Positions 17,230-27,126 of a stretch of DNA of 60,152 nucleotides are shown in pieces. The translations under genes and the position numbers were made by a program. This stretch comes from a virus. Its lineage: Duplodnaviria > Caudoviricetes. The notes under the pieces were generated by a model. The model had not been told where the DNA came from, searched no databases, and saw only the letters and a program-made list of their open reading frames with translations. The stretch lies in IMG/VR virus record IMGVR_UViG_3300011115_000619, positions 1 through 60,152 of that record. The stretch is one strand, 5' to 3'. The first letter of the stretch is position 1. Every line of letters starts with the position of its first letter.

Positions 17230-18738
17230 ATGTCTGCCCTGAAATCATACCTCAGCAAGCTTGATCGTCTGCCCCTTGAGGAACAGCGAGAGATCCTGCG
17301 CCTGCTGCAGGAATTGGAGACTGCGGAACAACGAGATCTTGCCCGTGAGCAGTTCTTGCCCTTCGTCAAGGCGATGTGGCCGGGGTTCATTGAAGGCCGT
17401 CACCATGAAATCATGGCAGATGCCTTTGAACGGGTGGCCAACGGTCAGTTGAAGCGCCTGATCATCAACATGCCGCCCCGACATACCAAGTCGGAGTTCG
17501 CGAGCTACCTGCTCCCGGCATGGTTTCTGGGCAGGTTCCCAACCAAGAAGGTGATTCAGGCCTCCCACACTGCTGAATTGGCGGTGGGATTTGGTCGTAA
17601 GGTGCGAAATCTGGTTGGGTCCAAGCCATTCCAGAAGATTTTCCCGGAAGTGGGACTGAAGGCAGACAACAAGGCCTCTGGCCGGTGGGCCACCAACCAA
17701 GGTGGTGACTACTTTGCCGTTGGCGTTGACGGTGCCGTGACTGGTAAGGGCGCAGACGTGCTGATCATCGACGATCCGCACTCTGAGCAGGAAGCCAAGA
17801 TCGCGGAATACAGCCCGGAAGTCTTTGACGGCGTCTATGAGTGGTACACCTCTGGACCTCGTCAGCGTCTCCAGCCGGGTGGTGCCATCATCATCGTGAT
17901 GACCCGGTGGGCCAAGCGAGATCTGACTGGTCAGATCATGAAGGCCGCTCAGGAGCGTGAGGATGACGAGTGGGAGATCATTGAACTCCCCGCCATCATG
18001 CCTTCTGGCAAGCCTCTCTGGCCGGGCTTCTGGTCTCTGGAGGAGCTTGAGAAGCTCAAAGCGGAACTGCCCCTCACCAAGTGGCAGGCTCAGTATCAGC
18101 AGCAGCCAACCTCTGAGGCAGGCGCGCTGGTCAAGCGAGACTGGTGGCGCGTGTGGGAAGGTAACGGCCCTCCCCCGTGTGAGTTTATCATTCAGTCGTG
18201 GGACACGGCTTTTGAGAAGACGCAACGAGCGGACTACTCGGCCTGCACCACATGGGGTGTGTTTTACCACCCTGACGATACTGGACAGGCAAGGGCGAAC
18301 ATCATTTTGATCGACGCCTACAAGGAGCGTCTGGAGTTCCCGGACCTGAAGAAAGCGGCTCTCAGGTTCTACAAAGAGTACAACCCAGACGCCTGCATCG
18401 TTGAAAAGAAGGCGGCAGGTACGCCCCTCCTCTATGAGCTTCGCTCCATGGGCATTCCTCTTTCGGAATACACCCCGGTGCGAGGACAGGACAAGATTGC
18501 TCGCGTGAATGCGGTCTCTGACCTCTTTCAGTCTGGCATCGTGTGGGCACCTCCCACGCGCTGGGCAGAAGAGGTTGTTGAAGAGTTTGCCAGCTTCCCA
18601 GCCGGTGAGCATGACGACTTGGTGGATAGCTCCACACAGGCGCTGCTCAGGTTCAGGCAGGGGGGTTTCATTCGTCTGGCCTCTGACGAGGAAGATGAAG
18701 TCCCGAATTTTCGGCGCAATCGCGTCGAGTATTACTAG
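17230..18738 (+). CDS. terL: Terminase large subunit
   Basis: INMPPRHTKS, GKGADVLIIDD, QSWDTA, EKKAAG and HDDLVD. Confidence 0.95.
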   Translation: MSALKSYLSKLDRLPLEEQREILRLLQELETAEQRDLAREQFLPFVKAMWPGFIEGRHHEIMADAFERVANGQLKRLIINMPPRHTKSEFASYLLPAWFLGRFPTKKVIQASHTAELAVGFGRKVRNLVGSKPFQKIFPEVGLKADNKASGRWATNQGGDYFAVGVDGAVTGKGADVLIIDDPHSEQEAKIAEYSPEVFDGVYEWYTSGPRQRLQPGGAIIIVMTRWAKRDLTGQIMKAAQEREDDEWEIIELPAIMPSGKPLWPGFWSLEELEKLKAELPLTKWQAQYQQQPTSEAGALVKRDWWRVWEGNGPPPCEFIIQSWDTAFEKTQRADYSACTTWGVFYHPDDTGQARANIILIDAYKERLEFPDLKKAALRFYKEYNPDACIVEKKAAGTPLLYELRSMGIPLSEYTPVRGQDKIARVNAVSDLFQSGIVWAPPTRWAEEVVEEFASFPAGEHDDLVDSSTQALLRFRQGGFIRLASDEEDEVPNFRRNRVEYY

Positions 18739-18747
18739 GAGACCTGA

Positions 18748-21249
18748 ATGGCCGTCGCCAAGGCCCTCACATCAGACACCCTGCCGGAAGGCGAAGATCT
18801 CGATATTGAGGTCATTGAAGTGCCTGATGGCACGATGTCTGAGGAGACTCCTGACGGCGGCGTAGTCATCACGTTTGGTGTGATTGAGGATGAGGGTTCC
18901 ACAGAGGAACTGGAGCACGCTGACAACCTCGTCGAACACATGGATGATGGTGACATTGCTGTTCTGGTCAGTGAGCTTCAGTCTCAGTATGACGCTGACA
19001 GACGCAGTCGCTCTGACTGGGAACGTGCCTATGTAAAGGGTCTGGAGTTTCTGGGCACCCGTTTTGAGGACCGCACCCAGCCTTGGGAGGGTGCCTGCGG
19101 CGTCTACCATCCGATCCTGTCAGAAGCTGCCATGCGGTTTCAGGCCAACGCCATCATGGAGATTTTCCCTGCTGGTGGCCCGGTTATGACGGAGATCATT
19201 GGCAAGCTGACCCCGGAGAAGGCCGCTCAGGCGACCCGTGTCGAAGACGACATGAACTACATCGTCACTGAGGTGATGACTGAGTACCGGGCAGAGACTG
19301 AGCGTCTACTGTTCAATCTGGCACTGGCAGGATGCGCCGTCCGCAAGGTCTACTTTGACCCCGTGATGAAGCGCCCGGCGGCTCTGTTCATCCCGGCAGA
19401 AGACTTTGTCGTGAGCTATGGGGCGAGTGATCTCACCTCCTGCACGCGCTACACGCAGGTCCTGCGCCTGCCCAAGAACGAAGTAAGGAAGTTGCAGGTC
19501 GCTGGCCTGTATGCCGACATTGACCTGCCTGACCCGTCTCCTGAGCGCAGTGACCTCGAAGACGCCAAAGATCGCACTGAGCTTGAGGTGCGGACGTGGG
19601 AATATGATGACCGCCTGACGTTGCTGGAGATGCACGTCGATCTCGACCTTCCGGGTTTTGAGAGCGATGACGGTGTGGCTCTGCCTTACGTCGTGACGTT
19701 CATCAAGGACAGCGGTGACATTCTCTCGATCCGGCGGAACTGGAACGAGGAAGATGAGACGAAGAAGAAGATCATTCACTTCGCCATCTACAACTACCTG
19801 CCGGGGATGGGCTTCTACGGCTTCGGCCTGATCCATCTGATTGGTGGCATTGCCAAGTCCGCCACTGGCATCCTGCGTCAGCTTGTGGACGCTGGCACGG
19901 TGTCCAACCTGCCGGGTGGCCTGAAAAGCCGTGGTCTGCGCATCAAGGGTGACGATAGCCCGATCCAGCCCGGCGAGTTCAGGGACGTTGATGTCCCCGG
20001 CGGGTCCATCAGGGACAACATCACCTTCCTGCCGTACAAGGAGCCGTCTGGCGTCCTGTACCAGCTTCTCGGCACCATCGTTGAAGAAGGTCGACGCTTC
20101 GCATCCATCTCCGAAATGAACGTCGGAGAGATGAAGCAGGATGCTCCGGTTGGCACCACGCTGGCCATCCTTGAGCGCAGCCAGAAGGTCATGTCTGCGG
20201 TTCAGGCTCGCCTGCACGCAAGTATGAAGGTTGAGTTCAAGCTGCTCGCTGGCATCGTCAAAGACTACATGGACGTTGAGTACCCCTACGAAGTCGAGGG
20301 TAACAGCGACCGCTCCAAGGACTACTCCGACATCGTCGATGTGCTGCCGGTCTCTGACCCCAACAGCACCACGATGGCTCAGCGCATCATGCAGTATCAG
20401 GCGGCTCTGCAGCTTGCCCAGAACCAGCCCGACATCTACGACATGCCCGCGCTGCACCGGAAGATGATCTACACGCTGGGTATCAAAGACCCGGACAGCA
20501 TCATCCCCGACAAGAACAACATGAAGCCGACTGACCCCGTGACGGAGAACATGGCTCTCCTGAACGGCAAGCCGATCAAGGCGTTCCTGTCGCAGGATCA
20601 CGAAGCGCACATCACGGTTCACACCTCGATGCTGCAGGACCCCAAGATCACTCAGATGGTTGGGCAATCCCCCAATGCTCCGGCCATTCAGGCGGCTCTT
20701 GCTGCACATGTGCAGGAGCATCTGGCGTTCGCCTACCGCCGCAAGATCGAAGAGCAGCTTGGTGTGCCCCTGCCGTCGCCGGAGGACGTGCTGCCAGAGG
20801 ATGTGGAGATCCAGATGTCTCCGCTCCTTGCCAAGGCCGCTCAGCGCGTCCTGCAGGGTTCTCAGGCAGAGGCTCAGCAGCAGCAGGCAGAGCAGCAGGC
20901 TCAGGACCCGGTCATCCAGATGCAGCAGGCGGACCTGCAGATTCGTCAGCAGGAAGTCCAGCGCAAGGCCCAGAAGGATCAGGTCGAGGCTCAGATTGCT
21001 CAGGCAATGATGGCTCAGGATGCCGCTCTGGAGCGCGAGAAGCTCGCAACTCAGGAGCGCATTGCTGGCGCAAGGATTGGCTCGGAAGTTGCCCGCAGCA
21101 AGGCGGACATCTCCGTGAGGGACAAGCAGATCTCCTCAGCAGAACGCACCGCAGGAGCCAATCTCGGTGTGCAGATAGCGAAAGACAACCGTGGATCAAC
21201 TGGACCGACTGCGCCGCCGCCTGCGCGACGTAATGAACGACTACGCTGA
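18748..21249 (+). CDS. Portal protein
   Basis: Follows TerL; size and GFYGFGLIH...LRQL.DAGT..NLP motifs typical of this podovirus-type portal. Confidence 0.85.
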   Translation: MAVAKALTSDTLPEGEDLDIEVIEVPDGTMSEETPDGGVVITFGVIEDEGSTEELEHADNLVEHMDDGDIAVLVSELQSQYDADRRSRSDWERAYVKGLEFLGTRFEDRTQPWEGACGVYHPILSEAAMRFQANAIMEIFPAGGPVMTEIIGKLTPEKAAQATRVEDDMNYIVTEVMTEYRAETERLLFNLALAGCAVRKVYFDPVMKRPAALFIPAEDFVVSYGASDLTSCTRYTQVLRLPKNEVRKLQVAGLYADIDLPDPSPERSDLEDAKDRTELEVRTWEYDDRLTLLEMHVDLDLPGFESDDGVALPYVVTFIKDSGDILSIRRNWNEEDETKKKIIHFAIYNYLPGMGFYGFGLIHLIGGIAKSATGILRQLVDAGTVSNLPGGLKSRGLRIKGDDSPIQPGEFRDVDVPGGSIRDNITFLPYKEPSGVLYQLLGTIVEEGRRFASISEMNVGEMKQDAPVGTTLAILERSQKVMSAVQARLHASMKVEFKLLAGIVKDYMDVEYPYEVEGNSDRSKDYSDIVDVLPVSDPNSTTMAQRIMQYQAALQLAQNQPDIYDMPALHRKMIYTLGIKDPDSIIPDKNNMKPTDPVTENMALLNGKPIKAFLSQDHEAHITVHTSMLQDPKITQMVGQSPNAPAIQAALAAHVQEHLAFAYRRKIEEQLGVPLPSPEDVLPEDVEIQMSPLLAKAAQRVLQGSQAEAQQQQAEQQAQDPVIQMQQADLQIRQQEVQRKAQKDQVEAQIAQAMMAQDAALEREKLATQERIAGARIGSEVARSKADISVRDKQISSAERTAGANLGVQIAKDNRGSTGPTAPPPARRNERLR

Positions 21250-21379
21250 CACCATCGCTGGTGGCAGTGCAAAGGACTTCCCAGAGTACAAACACCTCTG
21301 TGGGGTCATCGAGGGTCTTGCCCTCGCTGAAAGAGAGCTTCTCGACGTTCGCCAGAAGGCGGTGGCCGAAGAAGACTGA
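21191..21379 (+). CDS. Small hypothetical protein downstream of portal
   Basis: GTG start; Y...CG.IEGL motif. Confidence 0.65.
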   Translation: MDQLDRLRRRLRDVMNDYADTIAGGSAKDFPEYKHLCGVIEGLALAERELLDVRQKAVAEED

Positions 21380-21432
21380 ACCGCTCTGCGGAGCGCCATG
21401 GGTTCGTGATCCCTAATCACGCCGGAGAAAAC

Positions 21433-21807
21433 ATGAAGGAAATCAATCTCGATAACCCTATCGGGGCAGAAAAAGCACGTCAGCTTCCTGACCCAAAGGG
21501 CTACCGAATGCTCATTATGCTCCCCCAGATGGAGGAGAAGACTGAGGGTGGTGTGATCCTCCCTGACGAGCATCGCGCTCGTGAGGAGACCGCAACCATC
21601 GTTGGCTTCGTCCTGAAGATGGGTGACCTCTGCTACAAGGACCCGGACAAGTTCCCGACAGGCCCTTGGTGCAAAGAGGGCGACTGGGTTCTGTTCCGTT
21701 CCTACTCAGGGACCCGGATCAAGATCCACAGTGCTGAGTTCCGTATCATCAACGATGACACGGTTGAGGCCGTGGTTCAGGACCCAAGAGGAGTGAAGCG
21801 GGCATGA
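21433..21807 (+). CDS. groES: GroES-like co-chaperonin
   Basis: P.GYR.L...EKT.GG.ILP...G.V..MG...W.K.GDWV.F..YSG.....I.NDD.V.AV. Confidence 0.85.
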   Translation: MKEINLDNPIGAEKARQLPDPKGYRMLIMLPQMEEKTEGGVILPDEHRAREETATIVGFVLKMGDLCYKDPDKFPTGPWCKEGDWVLFRSYSGTRIKIHSAEFRIINDDTVEAVVQDPRGVKRA

Positions 21808-22736
21808 GTATGGACAAGTCCACTCGTGATGACCTCGATGAGGATCTGGTAATCGAGATCGTTGACGACACCCCCGAAGAAGACCGGGGAAAGTCGAAGC
21901 GCCCAGCGGATGCTGCGCCTGATGTGCCGGAAGACGACGAGATCGCGTCATATTCCGACAACGTGCAGAAGCGCATCAAGAAGCTGAAGTACGAGTACCA
22001 TGAAGAACGCCGTGCCAAAGAGGCGGCGCTGAGGGAAAATCAGGAAGCGGTCACGTTGGCCCGTAAGCTGATCGAGGAGAGGAATCAACTCTCTGAGCGG
22101 CTGGCGATGGGCGAGCAGGCCGTCATCGAGCAGGCAAAACGACGTGTTCAGGCGCAGCTTGAGCAGGTCGAGCGACAGTATCGTAATGCCTACGAAAGTG
22201 GAGACACGGACAACGTGTTGGCCGCCCAGAAGGACATTACACGCCTCACTCTTGAGCAGCAGCAGATCGATGCCTATCGCCCGTCCGCTCCCCAGCGGTT
22301 TGAGCCGGAACAGGTGCAAATGCACCCCAACGCTCGACAGCAGAATGAGCCGGATGAAAAGGCAAAGACTTGGCTGAAGTCCAACCCGTGGTTCGGGCAG
22401 GAAGAAGAGATGAGCGGGTACGCTTATGGCGTACATGAGCGCCTGATCAAGAGGGAAGGCATCACGCCTCTTTCTGATGACTACTACAACCGTATCGATG
22501 CCGCCATGCGTCATCGTTTCCCTGAGTATTTCGATGAGGAAGGTGGGCAGGAGGTTGACCTTCGCCCTCAAGCCGCTCCTCGAAAGACTTCCGTCGTGGC
22601 TCCGGCCCGCCGGGTTTCGGCCTCAGCGCCGCGCAAAGTATCACTGACTGCCACCCAAGTGGCTCTCGCAAAACGCTTGGGCCTTACCCCTGAGCAGTAC
22701 GCTGCCTCAATGGTCAAGGAGATGATGAATGGCTAA
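21804..22736 (+). CDS. Capsid scaffolding protein (putative)
   Basis: Acidic N-terminus, coiled coil, W...NPWF and C-terminal V.LT..Q..A.RLG...EQYA; located before the capsid genes. Confidence 0.7.
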   Translation: MSMDKSTRDDLDEDLVIEIVDDTPEEDRGKSKRPADAAPDVPEDDEIASYSDNVQKRIKKLKYEYHEERRAKEAALRENQEAVTLARKLIEERNQLSERLAMGEQAVIEQAKRRVQAQLEQVERQYRNAYESGDTDNVLAAQKDITRLTLEQQQIDAYRPSAPQRFEPEQVQMHPNARQQNEPDEKAKTWLKSNPWFGQEEEMSGYAYGVHERLIKREGITPLSDDYYNRIDAAMRHRFPEYFDEEGGQEVDLRPQAAPRKTSVVAPARRVSASAPRKVSLTATQVALAKRLGLTPEQYAASMVKEMMNG

Positions 22737-23184
22737 TAATCGCGCTGATCGTGACACTGGCACTCGTGAGGCCACAACTCGCGCTAAATCATGGGCACCC
22801 CCTTCGACCCTTCCAGATCCGACGCCAGCGCCGGGTTGGAAGTACCGTTGGATCAGGACTTCTATGCTCGGTCAGTCAGACTTGCAGAATGTTTCTGTGA
22901 GGATGCGCGAGGGCTGGGAGCCGGTTCCCTCTGAGGAGGTCCCTGAACTTCGTCTTCGCACCGATCCGAAGAGTGAGTTCAAGGGGAACATTGAGGTTGG
23001 TGGCCTGCTCCTGTGTAAGGCTCCCGTGGAAATGGCTGAAGGTCGTCAGCGTTACTACGAGGATCTTGCTGCGCGTCAGATCCAGTCCGTAGACAACAAC
23101 ATCATGCGTGAGCAGGACTCGCGTATGCCGCTGTTGAACCCGGAACGTCGGACTCGCGTCACCTTTGGTCGCGACGACAAGTGA
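22729..23184 (+). CDS. Conserved head-region hypothetical protein
   Basis: W.PPS.LP.P..GWKYRWIR...REGWEPV. Confidence 0.7.
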   Translation: MANNRADRDTGTREATTRAKSWAPPSTLPDPTPAPGWKYRWIRTSMLGQSDLQNVSVRMREGWEPVPSEEVPELRLRTDPKSEFKGNIEVGGLLLCKAPVEMAEGRQRYYEDLAARQIQSVDNNIMREQDSRMPLLNPERRTRVTFGRDDK

Positions 23185-23225
23185 TTGTCGCCGCATCTCT
23201 TCCACTTTCCTAAAAGGAAACCATC

Positions 23226-23828
23226 ATGGCCACTACTGCGGCTCCTTATGGTGGTCGGGTAGTCAAGCTCGCGGGCAATCGCCCCAACGCGCTTGGCAAC
23301 AGTCTCTACCCGATTGCCTCGAACTACGGCACGTCGATTTACTTCGGCCAGCCGGTTGTTTATTCGGCTACCAACTCCAGCGTTGAGGTTCCTGCTGCTG
23401 CCGATCTCGGCGGTGCCACGCAGGAACTCTACATTGGTATCTTCATGGGTTGCACCTACACGGACCCCAACCTGAAGTATACCGTGTTCAAGCAGTTCTA
23501 CCCTTCGGGCACGGTTGCGTCTGACATTCAGGCGTATGTCATGGACGACCCCAACGCCATCATTCAGATGGAGGCCTCGACGACTGCGTTCGATGTCTGG
23601 GCCAACATTGGCAAGAACTACGCTCTGTCGGCAGCTTCTGGCGGCAGCGCAACCACGGGCAACAGCAACCTTGCTCTCAACACGTCTTCGGCGGGTAACA
23701 ACAACCCGTTCAAGCTCGTTGGGATTGCTCAGGGTCCGCTGAACATCAACGCGCAGACTGGGAACTACGTTCAGGTTCTCGTGCAGGCGCGTGCTGGCAC
23801 CCATCTCTTCAACCGTCAGAACGCATAA
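23226..23828 (+). CDS. Structural protein (head decoration-like)
   Basis: Directly before MCP; AAAGGA RBS; small-residue-rich. Confidence 0.6.
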   Translation: MATTAAPYGGRVVKLAGNRPNALGNSLYPIASNYGTSIYFGQPVVYSATNSSVEVPAAADLGGATQELYIGIFMGCTYTDPNLKYTVFKQFYPSGTVASDIQAYVMDDPNAIIQMEASTTAFDVWANIGKNYALSAASGGSATTGNSNLALNTSSAGNNNPFKLVGIAQGPLNINAQTGNYVQVLVQARAGTHLFNRQNA

Positions 23829-23839
23829 GGAGCTGACCC

Positions 23840-24754
23840 ATGGCTATTAGTCGCGCACAGCTCCTCAAGGAGCTTCTGCCGGGTCTGAACGCTCTGTTCG
23901 GCCTGACATACAAGACCTATGAGGAAGAGCATAAGGAAATCTTCGAGATCGAGACCTCGGAGCGTTCCTTTGAAGAGGAAGTGAAGCTGTCTGGCTTCTC
24001 GTCCGCCCCGGTGAAGAACGAAGGTTCTTCCATCAGCTACGACAACGCGCAGGAAGTGTGGTCGGCTCGTTACACTCACGAGACGATTGCCCTTGGCTTC
24101 TCCATCACGGAAGAAGCCATGGAAGACAATCTGTACGACAGCCTGTCGGCCCGCTACACGAAGAGCTTGGCTCGCGCCATGGCTTACACGAAGCAGGTCA
24201 AGGGTGCGTCGGTGCTGAACAACGCCTTTGCGGCTTCGGGTTACACCGGCGGCGACGGCGTGACGCTCTGCGCCACGAACCACCCGACTGTTGCTGGTGG
24301 CGTCAACTCCAACCGCCCGACTACGGGTGCGGACCTGAACGAAACGTCGCTTGAGGCGGCGGTCATTCAGATCGCGGCGTGGACGGACGAGCGTGGTTTG
24401 CTCATCGCGGCTCGCCCGAAGAAGCTGATCATCCCGCCTGCCCTGATGTTCGTTGCCACGCGCATCCTGCAGACGGAACTCCGCACCAGCACCTCGGACA
24501 ACGACATCAATGCTCTGAAGAGCATGTCGGCCATCCCCGGTGGCTACGCTGTAAACCACTATCTGACGGACACCAACGCTTGGTTCCTGATGACGGATGT
24601 TCCCAACGGCCTGAAGCACTTCATCCGCGCCCCGCTCAAGCAGGCCATGGATGGTGACTTCGACACGGGCAACGTGCGGTACAAGAGCCGCGAGCGTTAC
24701 TCGTTTGGTTGGTCTGATCCCCTTGGGATCTTCGGCTCGCCGGGTTCGACCTAA
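23840..24754 (+). CDS. Major capsid protein
   Basis: MAISRAQLLKELLPGLNALFG...ARYTHETIALGF.ITEEA.EDNLY...RERYSFG; followed by a terminator. Confidence 0.9.
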   Translation: MAISRAQLLKELLPGLNALFGLTYKTYEEEHKEIFEIETSERSFEEEVKLSGFSSAPVKNEGSSISYDNAQEVWSARYTHETIALGFSITEEAMEDNLYDSLSARYTKSLARAMAYTKQVKGASVLNNAFAASGYTGGDGVTLCATNHPTVAGGVNSNRPTTGADLNETSLEAAVIQIAAWTDERGLLIAARPKKLIIPPALMFVATRILQTELRTSTSDNDINALKSMSAIPGGYAVNHYLTDTNAWFLMTDVPNGLKHFIRAPLKQAMDGDFDTGNVRYKSRERYSFGWSDPLGIFGSPGST

Positions 24755-24765
24755 CGGTCCACTGA

Positions 24766-24791
24766 GGGTGGGGGCTTCGGCCCCCGCCTTT
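24766..24791 (+). terminator. Rho-independent terminator after MCP
   Basis: GGTGGGGGC-TTCG-GCCCCCGCC-TTT. Confidence 0.8.
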
Positions 24792-24808
24792 CAGGTGCAT
24801 TTGCACCT

Positions 24809-24874
24809 CTGGGTCCATAGCCGCTTCGACCGCGCCCAGCGGACGATGCAGAGACGAAGTGGCGACTTCTGCAT
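24809..24874 (+). ncRNA. Candidate pseudoknotted cis-regulatory RNA
   Basis: Crossing helices CTGGG/CCCAG, GCCGCTTCG/CGAAGTGGC and ATGCAGA/TCTGCAT ending at the RBS of 24890. Confidence 0.45.
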
Positions 24875-24889
24875 AAAGGATACCTCACC

Positions 24890-25372
24890 ATGGGTACGTC
24901 TACTTTTTCGGGTCCGCTTCAGGCTGGCACAGTTCGTCAGGGCGCATACGCCAATATTGGTGCGGTTCAGCTTGCTGAGACGCTCTCAATTCAGGCTGTT
25001 GCGGCTCTGACCACGGACTATGGCCCGATATACATTCCGGCCAACTCCACCGTCATTGGCATGACCACGTTTACCGGCGTTGCTTTCACTGGCGCTACGG
25101 CGACAATTTCCGTTGGCTCGACCCTTGGTGGGGCTGAGTATGTGGCCGCCACCACCGTCAAGGCTGCTGGCACTTTTGCCCATACGCTTGTTGCTGGCGC
25201 TCTTGGCGACAAGGCCACGGCTGGTTCCGGCCTGATGAACACGGCGGCCAACAGCACCGTGAGCGGGCTTGCTGGTGCCCCCACCACTCCGATCTACGTC
25301 CGCATCACGCAGACGGCCACGACTACTGCTGTGGGCACTGCCACTCTCGTTGTCCAGTACGTCCAGAACTAA
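24890..25372 (+). CDS. Structural protein
   Basis: MGTSTFSGP N-terminus; Thr/Ala-rich; downstream of MCP. Confidence 0.65.
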   Translation: MGTSTFSGPLQAGTVRQGAYANIGAVQLAETLSIQAVAALTTDYGPIYIPANSTVIGMTTFTGVAFTGATATISVGSTLGGAEYVAATTVKAAGTFAHTLVAGALGDKATAGSGLMNTAANSTVSGLAGAPTTPIYVRITQTATTTAVGTATLVVQYVQN

Positions 25373-25403
25373 GCTGGTCTCTAACTAAAAGGAGAACCCG
25401 CTT

Positions 25404-25892
25404 ATGTCGCAGCAATTTGACGTTAAATCTCAGCACATGAACGCCTCTGGCGTTGCTGTGCCGTATCGGACGCGCTTCAAGGGAGCGGTCATTTCCCCTG
25501 ACACGGGCGCAACCGGCCAGACCACTTTCTACGACGCAGCTTACACAGCCGTGACGTACACCCGCACCGGAACAACTGTTACCGTCACCGTTCCAAATGG
25601 CCACAATCTTTTCACCAACCAGTGGGTCTACCTTGACTTCATCACCGGTGGTGCGTTGGATGGTGTTTATCAGGTCACGGTAACCACCGGAACGACCTTC
25701 ACGGTCACCACGGTTGCGTCTGGGGCAATCACAACCAGCGATGTCAACCTACACAGCAATGTGCTGTGCTTGATCGACACGTCGTCTCAGACGGCAGTTA
25801 ACATCGTGATCCCCGATCAGGGCATCTTGGCTCAGGGCGGCATTGCCGTAGTACTGCCCGCCAGCATCTACACAACCCTCTTCTACGGGTGA
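25404..25892 (+). CDS. Structural protein (Thr/Val-rich beta domain)
   Basis: AAAGGAG RBS; composition. Confidence 0.6.
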   Translation: MSQQFDVKSQHMNASGVAVPYRTRFKGAVISPDTGATGQTTFYDAAYTAVTYTRTGTTVTVTVPNGHNLFTNQWVYLDFITGGALDGVYQVTVTTGTTFTVTTVASGAITTSDVNLHSNVLCLIDTSSQTAVNIVIPDQGILAQGGIAVVLPASIYTTLFYG

Positions 25893-25896
25893 TGCC

Positions 25897-26085
25897 ATGA
25901 AGGGCAAGACCGGCTCCAAGGTCAACGCCGCTGGCAACTACACCAAGCCAGAGATGCGGAAGTCCTTGTTCAACAAGATCAAGGGTTCCGCAACTCAGGG
26001 CACGGGTGCCGGTCAGTGGTCTGCGCGCAAGGCTCAGCTTCTGGCGAAGCAGTACAAGGCCAAGGGCGGGGGCTACAAATCATGA
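25897..26085 (+). CDS. Small basic protein (WSARKAQ motif)
   Basis: Lys-rich ORF in operon. Confidence 0.65.
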   Translation: MKGKTGSKVNAAGNYTKPEMRKSLFNKIKGSATQGTGAGQWSARKAQLLAKQYKAKGGGYKS

Positions 26086-26324
26086 AGTCCCCGCAGAAGA
26101 GCCTGAAGGCTTGGACTGAGCAAGACTGGCGCACCAAGTCAGGCAAGCCGTCCTCAAAGACCGGAGAGCGGTATCTTCCTGCCGCAGCCATCAAATCACT
26201 GTCTCCCTCTGAGTATGCCTCCACGACCGCTGCAAAGCGGGCAGGAAAGGCCAAGGGGAAGCAGTTTGTAGCCCAACCGAAGTCCATAGCGGCCAAGGTC
26301 AAACCCTTCAGAGGTGCGAAATGA
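26082..26324 (+). CDS. Small basic protein (W..QDWRTKSG...ERYLP)
   Basis: ATGA coupling. Confidence 0.65.
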   Translation: MKSPQKSLKAWTEQDWRTKSGKPSSKTGERYLPAAAIKSLSPSEYASTTAAKRAGKAKGKQFVAQPKSIAAKVKPFRGAK

Positions 26325-26584
26325 AAGGCAAGACTGGCTCTCCCGCATGGACACGCAAGGAAGGCAAGAACCCCAGCGGCGGCTTGAACGCCAAGGGACG
26401 CGCTTCCTACAACGCAGCCAACCCCGGCAAGCCGGGTTTGAAGCGCCCGCAGCCTGAAGGCGGTTCTCGTCGCGATAGCTTCTGTGCCCGCATGAAGGGC
26501 ATGAAGAGCAAGCTGACTTCCGCCAAAACTGCCAACGATCCCAACTCCCGTATCAACAAGAGCCTCCGGGCATGGAAGTGCTAG
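26321..26584 (+). CDS. Small basic protein (SFCARM...WKC)
   Basis: ATGA coupling. Confidence 0.65.
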   Translation: MKGKTGSPAWTRKEGKNPSGGLNAKGRASYNAANPGKPGLKRPQPEGGSRRDSFCARMKGMKSKLTSAKTANDPNSRINKSLRAWKC

Positions 26585-26593
26585 GAGGTAAGG

Positions 26594-26842
26594 ATGGACG
26601 ATGGGTTGAAGGTGGTCTGGCAGGTTGTTCTGACGGCGGTCTTGGGTTTCATGGCTTGGATATTTAAAGCCACCCTCTCAGACATCCGGCGTATCGAAAA
26701 AGAACTGGCCAGTCACAAGACTGAGGTCGCCAAGGACTACGCAACCAAGTCCGATCTGACCGAAAGCACAAGGCAGTTGCTGAGTCGGTTTGATCGTCTC
26801 GAAGAGAAGATTGACCGTTTGGTCGAAAGGTCCAAGACATGA
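26594..26842 (+). CDS. Small membrane/coiled-coil protein
   Basis: One TM segment then RLEEKID coiled coil. Confidence 0.65.
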   Translation: MDDGLKVVWQVVLTAVLGFMAWIFKATLSDIRRIEKELASHKTEVAKDYATKSDLTESTRQLLSRFDRLEEKIDRLVERSKT

Positions 26843-27126
26843 GCAAGGACGCGCTGAAGAAGTTCCGGCCATCCTCCGGCGTGCCAAACTTCAAGCAGAA
26901 GTTCAGGCGCATGGGATACATGGCTGATGGCGGCGGCGTCACTGCAGGCGAAGCAATGGACACGTCTGCCACCATGGACACGATGGTATCTAAGCCCGTT
27001 GGCGTGACACCGACACCGCTGCCCACTGGGGATGAACTGCCCCCTATGACCATGATGAAGCGCGGCGGTAAGGTTCGTGGCTGCGGCGCTGCGGTCAAGG
27101 GCAAGACGAAAGGACGGATGGTCTAA
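26839..27126 (+). CDS. Hypothetical protein with MxxGG motifs
   Basis: MADGG and MKRGGKV..G.A.KG motifs. Confidence 0.55.
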   Translation: MSKDALKKFRPSSGVPNFKQKFRRMGYMADGGGVTAGEAMDTSATMDTMVSKPVGVTPTPLPTGDELPPMTMMKRGGKVRGCGAAVKGKTKGRMV

